Assembly (NCBI GenBank): GCA_022605425.2
Contig: JAKIMF020000001.1
Span: 1 to 64,000, forward strand
Source of the DNA: Hamiltosporidium tvaerminnensis FI-OER-3-3
Lineage: Eukaryota > Fungi > Microsporidia
DNA: 64,000 nucleotides
Direction: 5' to 3'
Shown: in pieces, positions 1-14,200 of the stretch
Position numbering within the stretch: position 1 is the first letter of the stretch
Layout: each line of letters starts with the position of its first letter
Program-made: the position numbers and the translations under genes
The notes under the pieces: generated by a model
Seen by the model: the letters and a program-made list of their open reading frames with translations, nothing else
Databases searched by the model: none
Told to the model about the DNA's origin: nothing

Positions 1-1697
1 CCTAACCCTAACCCTAACCCTAACCCTAACCCTAACCCTAACCCTAACCCTAACCCTAACCCTAACCCTAACCCTAACCCTAACCCTAACCCTAACCCTA
101 ACCCTAACCCTAACCCTAACCCTAACCCTAACCCTAACCCTACCTAACCTAACCCTAACCCTAACCCTAACCCTAACCCTAACCCTAACCCTAACCCTAA
201 CCCTAACCCTAACCCTAACCCTAACCCTAACCCTAACCCTAACCCTAACCCTAACCCTAACCCTAACCCTAACCCTAACCCTAACCCTAACCCTAACCCT
301 AACCCTAACCCTAACCCTAACCCTAACCCTAACCCTAACCCTAACCCTAACCCTAACCCTAACCCTAACCCTAACCCTAACCCTAACCCTAACCCTAACC
401 CTAACCCTAACCCTAACCCTAACCCTAACCCTAACCCTAACCCTAACCCTAACCCTAACCCTAACCCTAACCCTAACCCTAACCCTAACCCTAACCCTAC
501 CCTAACCCTAACCCTAACCCTAACCCTAACCCTAACCCTAACCCTAACCCTAACCCTAACCCTAACCCTAACCCTAACCCTAACCCTAACCCTAACCCTA
601 ACCCTAACCCTAACCCTAACCCTAACCCTAACCCTAACCCTAACCCTAACCCTAACCCTAACCCTAACCCTAACCCTAACCCTAACCCTAACCCTAACCC
701 TAACCCTAACCCTAACCCTAACCCTAACCCTAACCCTAACCCTAACCCTAACCCTAACCCTAACCCTAACCCTAACCCTAACCCTAACCCTAACCCTAAC
801 CCTAACCCTAACCCTAACCCTAACCCTAACCCTAACCCTAACCCTAACCCTAACCCTAACCCTAACCCTAACCCTAACCCTAACCCTAACCCTAACCCTA
901 ACCCTAACCCTAACCCTAACCCTAACCCTAACCCTAACCCTAACCCTAACCCTAACCCTAACCCTAACCCTAACCCTAACCCTAACCCTAACCCTAACCC
1001 TAACCCAACCCTAACCCTAACCCTAACCCTAACCCTAACCCTAACCCTAACCCTAACCCTAACCCTAACCCTAACCCTAACCCTAACCCTAACCCTAACC
1101 CTAACCCTAACCCTAACCCTAACCCTAACCCTAACCCTAACCCTAACCCTAACCCTAACCCTAACCCTAACCCTAACCCTAACCCTAACCCTAACCCTAA
1201 CCCTAACCCTAACCCTAACCCTAACCCTAACCCTAACCCTAACCCTAACCCTAACCCTAACCCTAACCCTAACCCTAACCCTAACCCTAACCCTAACCCT
1301 AACCCTAACCCTAACCCTAACCCTAACCCTAACCCTAACCCTAACCCTAACCCTAACCCTAACCCTAACCCTAACCCTAACCCTAACCCTAACCCTAACC
1401 CTAACCCTAACCCTAACCCTAACCCTAACCCTAACCCTAACCCTAACCCTAACCCTAACCCTAACCCTAACCCTAACCCTAACCCTAACCCTAACCCTAA
1501 CCCTAACCCTAACCCTAACCCTAACCCTAACCCTAACCCTAACCCTAACCCTAACCCTAACCCTAACCCTAACCCTAACCCTAACCCTAACCCTAACCCT
1601 AACCCTAACCCTAACCCTAACCCTAACCCTAACCCTAACCCTAACCCTAACCCTAACCCTAACCCTAACCCTAACCCTAACCCTAACCCTAACCCTA
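1..1697 (+). repeat. Telomeric repeat tract (CCCTAA)n, i.e. TTAGGG on the minus strand; chromosome end
   Basis: Nearly perfect CCCTAA array from base 1 to 1697 with a few single-base deletions (near 141, 499, 1003) and an abrupt junction to T-rich subtelomeric DNA. Confidence 0.99.
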
Positions 1698-4061
1698 TAT
1701 TTTAGTGCCTCTGGTTTGTTGTTAAAGTTAGAATTTCATTGGTTTTTTGTCTTTCTTAGATTTTCTATATAATATATACGTTTTTAAAAATTCGTTCTAA
1801 AAGTGTTTGCTAAACCAAAGGTTTGAACAATCGTTATAAAGTCAGTATAGTCTAAATTGGTGCCTCGTAATTCAGTTTGTGTCGTTTTGCAATAGCTTAG
1901 ATTTATATTCTTTTCTTTCTTAATCAGCTGTTATTTTTTTTCTTAGAACTTTTAAGTATTTTTATTTAGTTTTTACTTTATCTAATACATGGTTTACTTT
2001 ATTTTTCAAAATTTTATTTTTTTAAACTCTAGACTGGTTTTTTATAACAATTTTGTATTTTATAAGACGGTTCGAGTATGGTTTGAAAATTTGTTTTTAA
2101 AGAAGGTTTAAAGAATGCCTAAACTTTCGTTGGTTTTAGGTGTTTGTAATTCTTTTAAAAGAATTTACTTTTCTTAGGAGGTTTTATATGTTTTTTTTAA
2201 TTTTTTAAACTATTTTCTAAATTTATTAGAATAATTTTTACTTATTTACTGGAATTTTTTAGTCGTAAAGTTTTTTATTTCTTTAACCTATACTTACAAT
2301 TTTTTTAAGTTTTTTATATGTTTTTACGTGTTCTTTCCCGGTTTTTTACGTTTTCTCTTAAATTTAGCTGTTTTTTCGTGTTTTTTTACAGCTTTTGGAA
2401 TTTCCTAAATTTTTTATTTTTTTTTTTTTAAAACTTTTTAAATTTTCAATTTTATAATATTTAGAATTTTAGACTTCCTTTATGTTTTATCTACTTATTT
2501 ATTGATCGGTATATCTTCCGAGTGTCTTTTAACGTATTAATAAGAATTTTTTTTGTAAAACTGTATACTAAATGAACAATTATTGGTTTTTTGACAAAAA
2601 TTTGAAGATTTTTTTAAAAAATTATCATTTTTAGAATTATAGCTCGGTAAATTTAGAAAAATTACCCCCGTAAAATTATTAAAGCCTAAAACTTGTAAAA
2701 ATTACTTTAAACAGTGCAGGTTTCACTTATATAATAAATTATATATGTTATATATTACTTTTTTTTTATTATATATTTTTTTTATCTTTTTAATAGAGCT
2801 AGAATTTTATTCTCGCTACGAATTCGAAGAATTTCTTAAAAAAAAAATATTTTTGGAAAAAATATTTATGTTACCATTCTTAATTACTATTTTCTGTTTT
2901 TATTAAGGAAAAATTTTGGAAAAATTTTTTAAATACAGTAAATAAAAATATAGATTTGGAAGATTTATGTTTGGTTTAATAAATTTCGAATAACTTCCAT
3001 CTTTCAACAAAAATTACTGTAAACTCTTAATTAAGATTGAATTATCCTTTTTTATAACTTAAATTTTAAGTTCTTTACTCAAAAATAGAAAAGTTAAAGC
3101 AAATATTTGCAACTAAGGTGATCTCTCTTTAAATTTAAAATATTGTAAGATTTTAACTTGATTCTGTATGTAATAGTAGTTATTTTTTGCTGGTTTAAAT
3201 TTAATTTTTATTTTATAAAAAATTACTTTTTATTTTTATATCCTATTAAATATGTATTAAACTAACTGACAGCATTCATCTTTAAGGAAATTGAATAAAA
3301 TATAAATCGTAATTCAAATAATGGTAAAAAACATATGTTTTTTGACTATAGTAAAAATAGAAACTTATATTTTTATAAGTATTATTAATTTACCTAAAAA
3401 GGAAATACCTTTGTAAATCTGTAAATATCTTATAAATCTTACTTATATCTAGTTTTACCAACTTAAAAACCCTATAGAGAATTCAGTAATGAATTGTACT
3501 AATAAAATTTTGATTCAAATTTAGGTTTGTTTACACAATTAAGGAAATTTTGGTTTTCGAAAAAAGTAAATTTAGTTTTGCATGTTTTGAGTTAAAAAGT
3601 TACATTTTCTTCAAATTTTATTTTTTTTTAAAAAAAATTCGAAGAATGTTTTTTGTAGTATCAAATTTTTGTTGAAAAACTATTTATGTACGTCAATTTT
3701 GAAATAAATCAACAAACCTATAGATTATTATGTTTCTTTTCGAAGAAAAGAAAGCGAAGGCAAGTAATATAGACACTTTTTGTATATATTTAATAAATAT
3801 TCGTGATAAAATTATTATTTATCATTTAAGCTAAAGAAAATAAGTTATACGTACAAAAAATAAATAAATTTTTTATTTTTTCACTTGTTAGATACGGATC
3901 ATAATGGTATTGTGGATATCTGACAGGTTAAAGCCTTTATTGATATACCTTGGAATTTTATTCTTTAATAAAATACAATTTATTGACTTTACTTTTCGAA
4001 AACCATATACTTATTTTTTCTTTAATACTTTTACTTTTCCTATTTAATATATTTTGAATAA

Positions 4062-4249
4062 ATATTCTCAATGAGAATATCAAAAGTGTCTCTCTAATAA
4101 AGTTTAAGTATAATTGAGATTCTCGAAGAGAATATCAGAATTGAAGTTCATTTAAAAGACATAGGAGGGATATTCTCGAAGAGAATATTAGAATTGTATT
4201 ATATTTAATGTATTATTAATGTATATTTTCGAAGAGAATATCGGAAATG
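4062..4249. repeat. Four palindromic ~27-bp repeats (consensus ATATTCTCGAAGAGAATATCAGAATTG) separated by unrelated 26-28 bp spacers
   Basis: Repeat starts at 4062, 4117, 4170 and 4223 (periods 55, 53, 53). The core ATATTCTC-GAA-GAGAATAT is an inverted repeat. Spacers do not align with each other. Confidence 0.85.
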
Positions 4250-5799
4250 CAAAACTTTTTTAATTTTTATTATTTAAAATGATTTTACATTATTATTTTT
4301 TTTGATTAAGCAATGACATAGGTAAAAGAAATTTAAAGAAATTTAGAAAGAATTTATTTGTCTATGTGAATTCATGAAATGATATTTTTGAAGATAGTAA
4401 AATATTTTTATAGGCGAGTTTTGTTTTAATTAGGTAAAATATGATTTGTAGGGTATTTATTTTTTTACAATATATTTAGCCTCTCTCTTAGAGATGAGTA
4501 AGTTAATAGAGATCTTATCAAGCTTTAGGAACGTATCATTATTATCTAAAAATTTGCAATTGGTTTAAAAAAAAAATATAAAAATATAAATATAGGTGAA
4601 TTTTTAATATCGTGGCATCTTCTACTGTGGTACTCTTACTATGTCTATGGGTTAGGGATTATCTATCTCTTAGTAATAATCCTCCGATACCCTGATATAT
4701 TTCTTTTTCACCATACTAATGTAGAAGCCATGAAACGCATGCCACAAATACGGAACGATTTCGTTCTTACTCTAATATTCGCAGCTGAATGTGCTTTTAC
4801 TCTTACTATCTACGCTGATATGGTTTGTTAAAGGGCTTATGTAAGATTATTTGCATAAGTCTGGACATAAATACATAGGGTAGTAAAAAACTAACTCGTT
4901 CGATCTCGTATAACAGTCGATTTTACTGCAATAAGTGAATTTATTCACTTATGAAAATGTTGATATATAATCGTATTAACATCAATACCTGTTTTACAGT
5001 ATCTCTAAGGCAATGAGCTCGATAACGGGACAATATTGCCTATTTAGATGGAATACTTTTTTAAAGAATGTATATAAAGCAAGCATTTTTAGATTTAAAA
5101 ACTTATAATACAATAGGGCCTCTTCTATATGAAACTAAATAGAAATTTCGAATTATCTATTTATCCCTAATCTTACCAACCTAACTTGCTCTTTGTGTAT
5201 CTAACCCTCTCCTAATAAACCTCAAATCAAAATCAAATATTGTATATGTCTTTGGAAAAGCTACTTTCCGTTTAAATAAATGTGTTCGCCCTAACACTAA
5301 ATACTTCTCTCCTTCTTTTTCTTTATTTTTCTTTAGATGAATATTTCATTATTTCCTGAATTTTGTCTTTAAATTCTAAATTATTTTTTATTTATTTATA
5401 ACTGGGGGAATAATATTTTACTTAGCCAATGCTAAGCCGAGCCTTGTATAGCTTTTGAACGCAGGGTTGCAGCAGGTTTACGTCGCGCTTTATAAAAGAG
5501 ATCCGTGGTAGGTATTATCAAACATCCGTTTTAATCAAAGCATTCATTTTGATATAATATTAAAATAAAAGCCGTATTAACAAAAAAATAATAAACACAA
5601 TATAAATTATTCAGACAATCATGAAAAAAAATTAGTAATTAATTTGAAATAGATTTATAGTAAGTTTTTTAATATTTTTAGGCTTTTAAATATTTCTACT
5701 TAATAAACGAATCTCTGGATTTCTGCACATTTTCTGTTTTTTTTTCCAAAAATTTTGCAGACTTTGCAATATTTTTGTTAGCTTACTACTATAAAAATT

Positions 5800-7040
5800 A
5801 AAAAAAATATTTGCGCTTTTGTTTAAGGCGAGCATATGCTTCTGAAAATGTTGGATTGTCTGGAAAAAACCAAAGAAATATTAACTCGAAAAGCAGTAAA
5901 CCTAAATGGGAGAATAACAATAAAGCCCGTCTTACACCAATAAAAAGCTTTGTATGGTAAAATATAGGTTAGAAGAAGAATCACTAAAAAGAAATTGGAA
6001 GAAGCTTAACTTGCAAAGTTATATAACGAAACAGAAACACGAAATTCTCATATAAAGTTATATATTTCAAGAAAATAAGGTTTTAAATGTTAGAACCTCT
6101 TCTAGATTTCTAAATATTCGAAATATTAGGCCACGTGATGAAGAAATGTTATGGGGAGCAAAAGATATCTGCTTATACTATAATAAACCCGGCCGAATAT
6201 TAGACCATTTAGCAACTCGATGTGAGAAAATGCTGGTCATGTGATTATCAGATAAAATAAAGAAGTGTTTATATGCTTGCACTTATTCTTCTCAACAAAT
6301 CTAAATTTGGTTTTAAAAACGAATTAAATGTCATTCGGTTTAGGAAGTTCTTGGAAACGAGTATGCAGTGATAAGAGTAGACTTCAACATTAAAAACTGA
6401 TGTTGAAATCCGGAATAATGTATTGACATGTTTTTTGGATAAGATGAATAATGATTACACTTCAAGTAAGATTTACTTCCGATATTCACTAAAAATGGTT
6501 AAACCTAAAAAACCTGGGAAATATGATTTGCTAGCCTATTATTTGAGGCTTATTTATAAGTTTGGTGTTGAAATACTCCCTTAAATGATGACCTGGGACG
6601 GTATTGTAACAAAATAGCGTAATTCATATTCCAAAATACCATGAATATCCCGGAATATTCTTAAATGCGGAGCATACGTGTATTTTATGGTATTTAAGAA
6701 TATATTAAATTATATTTTCAATTTATTAACAAGATTGGGGTCGTAATGAATGCGAATGATGCCGAGACGGCGGGTAATTGAGTATTATTAAAGGCCTAGA
6801 GGCACGGGCAACGTGCCCGGCTTAAAACGGGCTACTACTCAAGAATGTGGCGTTAAATTTGTTCAACGAAGATAATACACTTTTATCTTAGCTGAGTAAT
6901 CACAGTAGGGAACCGACGAAAAACATAATTTAAGAGTCAAAATTTTTAGAAAATAATAACGTGATTAAAGAGTAGTAGAATATATACAAAGTTGCAAAAT
7001 ATGTTAATCCAGAACCTATTTAAATTAAAAATAATTATGT
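5800..7040 (+). mobile_element. Degenerate 3' portion of an RLE-type non-LTR retrotransposon (older copy of the element at 55135-56720)
   Basis: Colinear matches to the 55 kb copy: agcatatgcttctg..ttggattgtctggaaaaa (5830 vs 55472), tagaccatttagcaactcgatgt (6201 vs 55869), atgacctgggacggtattgt (6588 vs 56267), and a similar 3' tail taatccagaa...ttatgtt. No open frame remains. Confidence 0.85.
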
Positions 7041-8895
7041 TAATGATGTATTTTAATTTTTTTAAAAGATCAATGTATATCAAAAGTATGTTCGAACCTA
7101 CGAAAAAACTAATTAATCTCCATAATTAATCTTAAAATTTAAGATTATATATTAATTTATGTTGATTTTTGCTTTCGCTATTCATATGTTTAATCATATT
7201 GATCCTTCTGTATGAAATATAAGTACATTATGCATGTTATTTTTTTTTTTTTATTCGTAATTATATTTATTTGAAGTTCTGCGGATCAATTAAAAATATT
7301 ATAATTTTTTAAATTGGTTAAAAAAATATAAATATTTTTGTTTTTGTTTTTTTTTTGCGATTCTGAAATTCAATTGGAGAAGCTAAAATTATAGAATAAA
7401 TCCATTTTAAACGCTATATAGAAAAAATCATATTTTACCGTACCCGAAGCCGACAAATCAATATATTTGAATTTTCGGCAGAATTTACATTATCTCTGTT
7501 CTAGTTCTAAGTTTTAGCTCAAATGTAACATACAAAATCATTTGTATAGTCGCAAAAGAGTATCTAAGTATAGCCTAACGCAACCCATCACTTTAATTTA
7601 GTGTAAGATATTTATGCATATACCAAGACTGTAGTTTAAATATAATTTAATAAATATATCTTCTAGCAAATCACAAAAACAGAAAATCTTACTTTTGTTA
7701 TATCCGAATATCTAATAATTCTATCTCGATAATTTTTTTGAAGGTTTTAAAAGCAAAGAGCGCATTATAAATGGATCAAAATTACCTTTTTAAATAGTAA
7801 ATAGTGGGTTAGACACTTACATGTGTATGAAATAAAAACTCGAGAAAAAACTTAATATAAAAAGGTCAAAAATATATTGTGTACGATCTAACTTCAGGAA
7901 ATGGTTTAATAAAACTCTGTTCTGTTTGCATAAATTTGATATTCTTATTAAAATTTCCGAATTTTTGTATATTGTGATAAAAAGTTTAATGGATATATCT
8001 AAATTTTATAAAATTTAGTATTTTGGCTTCTCTGAGGCACATATATTGCTTTAAGCTATTTAAGAGTTTATAATTTGATTTGTAAAGATAATTTATGTTT
8101 CATTGTGTTGCGAGCAACAAAAGAAGATGCTTATTAAGGATTTTTTTATACCAAGAATATAAAATTTTTGATATATACTTTTTTTGTTAGGTTGGCAAAG
8201 CTTACTGCATATTGTAAGCGTGAACTTTTTTTTTAATGATATTCACAATATTTTTATCGGTAATATAAAGTGATATATAATTTCAAATTTTAATTTTTAA
8301 AAATAACTTTTGATTTCTCTTATATGGTATTAGATTTTCAAAAAAAAATATTTAGAACGAAAATTATTTTTATTTATGTCTATCAATTGAAGTCGATTAT
8401 AAAATTTCATTTTATGCCTTATTTATACAATTTATTATAAATAGTTTATTTTGAAATAAGTTCGGTTGAGTTTTATCAACCTAGTAAAATATTTCTTCTA
8501 TTATTAGAATTTTTCTGCGATCGAATATCCAATGTTCACCACTAAATGTTATGTTATATTTAATAGAATTGATTTATGTTTTTAAGTTGGTTGCTATATT
8601 GACAATCATTTATGAAAAAAAAAGGTGTTTTGGCTATTTTTGCGTTTGATTTTTGTTAAAAAATTTTAAAAAAAAATAATAATCCCGTTTTGATTTGAAT
8701 TTTCTAAAAAAAAGTTGCACACATGCCAAACAAAACTTTGCACTAGGTAAATAAGGGCATGCTTTAATAGTTAAAAATAAATATCTTTTACTCCTTTATC
8801 TAGGTGATAAATATAAAAATATGAAAAACATGTTGATTAAAAAAACTTCAACAAACAAAAAACAGTTATTTATTGAAGTAAACTTTATTAAATAA

Positions 8896-10377
8896 TTATA
8901 ATTCCAATTCTCGAATAAATATGTTTGAACTGTTTAAGTATTCTTTTATTAAACGCAAAAATTCCATTTTAAAAACTTTGTTGTAGAAAGAAAATTTTGT
9001 TTTCTTTTCCATATTTCGAGAACTTTTTACTTTATAATCAGGTTGCGAATCTTTAAAATATATAGATAAAAATGCGTCAAATTTATCAATAAAAACGGTT
9101 ATTACTGTACTAACATCATTGAAATAGGCATTTTTTATTTTTCTTAAAGGCGTTTCATTAAATATTGTAAAAATTTGTTTTTTTTCTCGGGTTTCAAAGC
9201 AATAAAATTCATTTAAATCCGCATTTCGTAAAGAAAAAATTGATTTTTTAAATGGGAAATTTTTTTTGTCTTTCTTTGAAAGTAAAATATGGAGAAATCT
9301 TTTAAGAAAATCAAGAAATACGGCTTCTAGATTAAGAACAATAACAAGATCAAGCCTTTTATACATTTTAAGTATTTCTTTTGTTAAAGGAAATGTTTTT
9401 TTGTCTAATGTTATATATTTTTCCTCTGTATTTTTCAAATTCTTAGAAAATTCTATTTTCGAATTCATTACCTTGTCCGTTAGGCAAAACAAAATATATT
9501 CCACATACCTTTTTTCAATCATAAAACTTTTGTTATTTGATATCTCATAATAAGCTATATTTATTATATCTTCTAATCTATTTTTATTGTTACAATTGAA
9601 TAAAAAGTTTATGCTCAATGTATCGATGTCTAATTTTTCATATTTTAAGCTAGAAAAGATGTGATTTAAATGCTTATGATTAGTGGTTTCATAATAAGTT
9701 ATTTTATGGTTTTTCAAAATAACTTCTTGTGCAAATATTTTAAAGTTTCCAAAATAGGTAAACAAATGTCGCAGAAGGTTTAAAATAAATGATTTGAAAT
9801 AAATTGATAATTTTACTTTGATATCATTGCAAGATATGCTTATTTCTCTACAATGATTATTTTTAACAAAGTGAGGCATGGGATTTTTAACAATTTTATC
9901 TTTGAATTTTTTTGTTAGGAATTCTTTCAATTCCAAAATTATTTGTTTACAATCTTCTCTATATTTTACGCAAACGGCATTTAAATCCTCTTTAAACAAA
10001 TTAAAAATTTCATCAAATATGGTTTTTATAACAATAAATTCTTGTATTTCTCTTTCTAAACAGCCATAAATTTTGATATTTTCTGTGATTTTGTTTCTAA
10101 TTTTAGAGAAAAGTGTGTTTAAATAACTACTGTTTTCTATCTTTAGATAATATATTTTGATGTAATCTTTTAAAAGTATTCTAGAATTAGAAATGGCTTC
10201 AAATATCTCTCTGTTTAGTGTTCTGTTATTACTTTCAAAAACAACAACCAAATCCTTATGATATTTACTGTCTTCTTTCTTCAACTTATGAGATTTTCTT
10301 AAAAACAAAAATTTATTGTAAAAACTACCATATGTTTGAAAAAATAGTACTATCAATAAACAAATATACATTTTCAT
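8896..10377 (-). CDS. Hypothetical lineage-specific protein, 493 aa, with probable signal peptide
   Basis: Long intact ORF. Hydrophobic N-terminus MKMYICLLIVLFFQTYGS. No recognisable domain. First gene in from the telomere. Confidence 0.75.
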   Translation of the reverse strand: MKMYICLLIVLFFQTYGSFYNKFLFLRKSHKLKKEDSKYHKDLVVVFESNNRTLNREIFEAISNSRILLKDYIKIYYLKIENSSYLNTLFSKIRNKITENIKIYGCLEREIQEFIVIKTIFDEIFNLFKEDLNAVCVKYREDCKQIILELKEFLTKKFKDKIVKNPMPHFVKNNHCREISISCNDIKVKLSIYFKSFILNLLRHLFTYFGNFKIFAQEVILKNHKITYYETTNHKHLNHIFSSLKYEKLDIDTLSINFLFNCNNKNRLEDIINIAYYEISNNKSFMIEKRYVEYILFCLTDKVMNSKIEFSKNLKNTEEKYITLDKKTFPLTKEILKMYKRLDLVIVLNLEAVFLDFLKRFLHILLSKKDKKNFPFKKSIFSLRNADLNEFYCFETREKKQIFTIFNETPLRKIKNAYFNDVSTVITVFIDKFDAFLSIYFKDSQPDYKVKSSRNMEKKTKFSFYNKVFKMEFLRLIKEYLNSSNIFIRELEL

Positions 10378-11279
10378 AAATAAAAACTAGTAATGAAAGT
10401 ATTTATATATTTTAACTGATAGATTAATTTTTTAGCGTATTTTCAAATGTCATGTTTTTCTAAATTACCTGAAATGCTAAATTGTTTTTAAATTAAAAAT
10501 TTACAATTTCAAGCATATATATCTACTTTATCGTCGTAGTAAATATAAAAATGTCTATATAATAAACTTTTCTTTTCAATAACTTAACGATTTCAATGAA
10601 AAATCTATTTTAAACAACAATTCAATTGATTTTTATCAAATTAAATTTTTGAAAAAAAATGTTTCAAATGGGCTAAATTAAATATTTTGGCGTTGATAAT
10701 GATGAAAAAAAAATTTTAATTTAATATGCGGTTCTACTTTTTATATTTTCAAATGTCATTATAACACGGATTCTTATTCGCAAACTTTATATTTTTTTTA
10801 ATACAAAAATATTAGGTAAATACAATATATACGTTCGCACATTTCATATCATATCAAAAAAAAAGAAATTAGAAAATTTATTAGGTCGTTAAAAACTTTA
10901 TAATTTCTTATTACTTTAAAAAAAGTTAAGTGCGCATAATAAAATTGCTGAAATTATTTATCTATAATTAAATGAAATTTGATGGTAAAAATGCACTTTA
11001 TTTCAAATTTATTTATACGTTTTTTTATAAAAAAAATCGTTAAGTTTAACAATAGTTTCTACCGCTAAGCGTTTTTTCGTAGAAGCAAACTATTTAAATT
11101 ATTAATATATATAGATTGTTTATTTTTCAAAATATTAAGTCAGGATTTACTTTTCATATTAGATTAGGTTTTTTATCGAAAGCTGATCAATTGATAACTG
11201 AATAAAATCTTAAATTTCTTTTTTGATCTTAAAAGAATTTTGATTTATCTTTTAATTATTTTTATCACTTACTTACTTA

Positions 11280-14200
11280 TTATTGTTTTCTTTCACTTCT
11301 CGGTATCGAGGAGGAACAAACGGAAATTCCCCATTTGTTTCTTTAAATCCGTATAACTCTGGATTTTAGGGGATAGTCTATGGATATAGCGTGGTTTATA
11401 CCCCACCGAAATCTCAACAATAATTTTAAAACAATTCTAGACACTCATTACTAAGTAGATAGTTTTTAATAAAGTTTATCCTCCCCCCACTTATATTATA
11501 ATATTCTTTCATTTTAAATTTTACTTTCTTATAATTTCTTTGTATAGATTTTTATTTGTTTTAATAATTTCTTTAGTTTTAGTTCACAATATGTCAATTT
11601 TCATAAAAAAATTGCAATTTGATATATTTTATATTTTTAAAATATACTCTATTTAGGGTTTTTAAATTAATTTTCCCATTTTTGCCCGATAATACATTTT
11701 CCCATTCATTTGTGTTTCTAAAAATAAAATTTCTCAATTAAAATAGATTTTAGTTAGTAATCTAAAGATTTTAACTTATCGAACTCAAAAATTTGTTAAA
11801 TTATCGTTGATTTAAACCCGGCAAACATGGGTGACTTTTTTTAGCAAACGAGTCTGTTTTATCGTTATTTTAGTCTATAAATCAGGTAATTCGTTACACT
11901 AAGCTTGTGTCGTAACCAAATGCTTAAAAATGTACATTAATAATAGCCAATACTGTATTTATAGAGGCCTTAAATTATGCTTTCCACCTAAAAAAACATC
12001 AAAACATTAGGTTGCTGATCGAAAAGCTGTGTAGGTAAGAAAAATACTTATGAGAGATAAGAAAAACAATACTTTTTGACATGAAACAGCTGGTATATGT
12101 AAAACATATACTCAATATGAATATGCGCAAAATAAATAAAATCAAATTTAATAACAGACAATTAAAATGCGATTTATGAACACAAAAAGTGTAAATATAG
12201 CTGCTGAAATTAAAGATTATAATTATCTAAATATAAAAGAAGAGTAAAAGACTACTAGAGTTGGATACCATTGTGATATAAACCAGAGAGACATCATATC
12301 GATTAAAATTTAATTTTATTTTTGTAGATAATTAAACTTCTAACTTTAATAAAATTAATAAGAGCAAAATCTTGGTGCAATTATAAGTAAATATTAAATA
12401 TAAAATCCCTGAAAATTATAATCTCATTAAAATATGTAAAATATAGCAAGATTACTGAATTTTAATTGTCTATTAATAGATGTAATTTAGTTGCAAAGGT
12501 TCTAATCCACACAAATTCAATTTTCTATTTGAAAATATTCATTTCATGAATTTAAATGTTAACGGAAGTGGTGAGTATATTATAAAGTGCGAAGCGCAAT
12601 TTTAAAAAATCAGAGATTACAACAGAAATTAAAGAAAATACCTAAATTTAAATAAAAGGGTTATTAAACTCTAAATTATTTTTGATAATCACAAATTTCA
12701 ATATGGGTTTTATAAAGAAATATTAAGAAAACGACAATAGCAAGTTTTTACTATATTTATGAAAAAAAAATTGTTCAAAAACTTTAATTAAAAAGCATGT
12801 TTCGCAAATTTTCTTTATTTGAATTCTCTTAATGATTTTGTAGATTCTTCGAATAGTTTTTGTAAATTTCATTGTAACCTTCTCGGGTATAAAAATTAAA
12901 AACATTTGTTGTTGTTGATAAAACTAAATATTCTAAATGGTTTATTATAAATTCAAATTCTTCTAATATAACTATCTTCCAAATTTTATCCGAATCAATT
13001 TCTTTGAAGCACTTAATTGTGATGTTTTTTCTGTTAGTTGTTCAATTATTATTGGTATTTTACTTTGCAAAATATTGTTAAAATAATCCCTCTGGCTTTT
13101 ATATACTTTTTAGGTGTCAATAATCGCAATAATTTATCAAAGAAAATATCTAGACAAAAATGATCTCAAAATAGTGCATGGATTTGCGTTTAATAAAAAT
13201 ATCGGGCTTCGTATTTTTCTGATTGTCGTCTAATATATCTTCTTTTAATTTTTTGCCACAATTATGTTCAAATTTTATATTGCAATCGAATAGAAATCTA
13301 AAAAAAAATATCTTCTGGGATATGAACACGAAAGATTAATGAAATTTGAAACATAATATAGTAGATTTTAAGTTTTGTTTATTCCAATCTTCACAGAATC
13401 AATTTGAAATAAAATGAATAATTCGAAAACCAACCTTTAATAAAAAAATCAACTGAAGTCTAATAGTCTTGCTTTCCCGCTTTCCTTTGAATTTTTCTTT
13501 GTTTTATATTTCTATCTTCTATTCCTTCCTTTTTTCTTTTGTTTCTGATTTTATCTGGACAAACTTTTTCACTTTTATTTGAAATTAAACTGATTATTAT
13601 TGTGGGGATCTCATAATAATAGTGTACCAGTAAAACATTTCTTTTCGAAATGCGATTTAAATTTATTTTCTTATAAATTATCAAGAAGATAATTTAATTT
13701 AAGAACAATAAGATAATTTAATTTAAGAACAATAAAATGGATTTTGGTTTCTCTAAGTTCCTTAGCATAATTTATAAAACTGTATTCATCAATTTTTTGC
13801 ATCACTTCGGATATGGTTAAATTAAAATAGGAATTCGCTCAAAGCCAACAAACATTCTACCAAATTTAAAAATTTGTTAAAATCATTGTTTGCTTTAAAT
13901 TCATTGCAATAAAAATTTGATTTCTTGGCTTTAGGGCTATTTAGAACTTCTTTTTCTTGCAAATAAACATCAGATTGTCTATCTGGTCCTTAGATTTTTT
14001 TACAAAACTCATCTTGTAAAATCGAAATAAGTTCTTCTCGCTCATTTAACTGAAAATTCACAATTAAACCTTTTATGAATAACTTATTTACTCTTCTTTT
14101 CATTTTCGGAACCATTTACATCTTTATACTGTAACTAATTATCTACATTTAAAGTGTTATTTGCTTCACCAGTTTTTTCTACTGTTTGATTGGGTGATAA

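Noticed and set aside
141-1010. Variant telomeric repeats
   Set aside because: Isolated single-base deletions, typical of long-read error.
4062-4249. Bona fide CRISPR array
   Set aside because: Only four degenerate repeats, eukaryotic telomeric context and no cas genes. Kept only as a CRISPR-like architecture.
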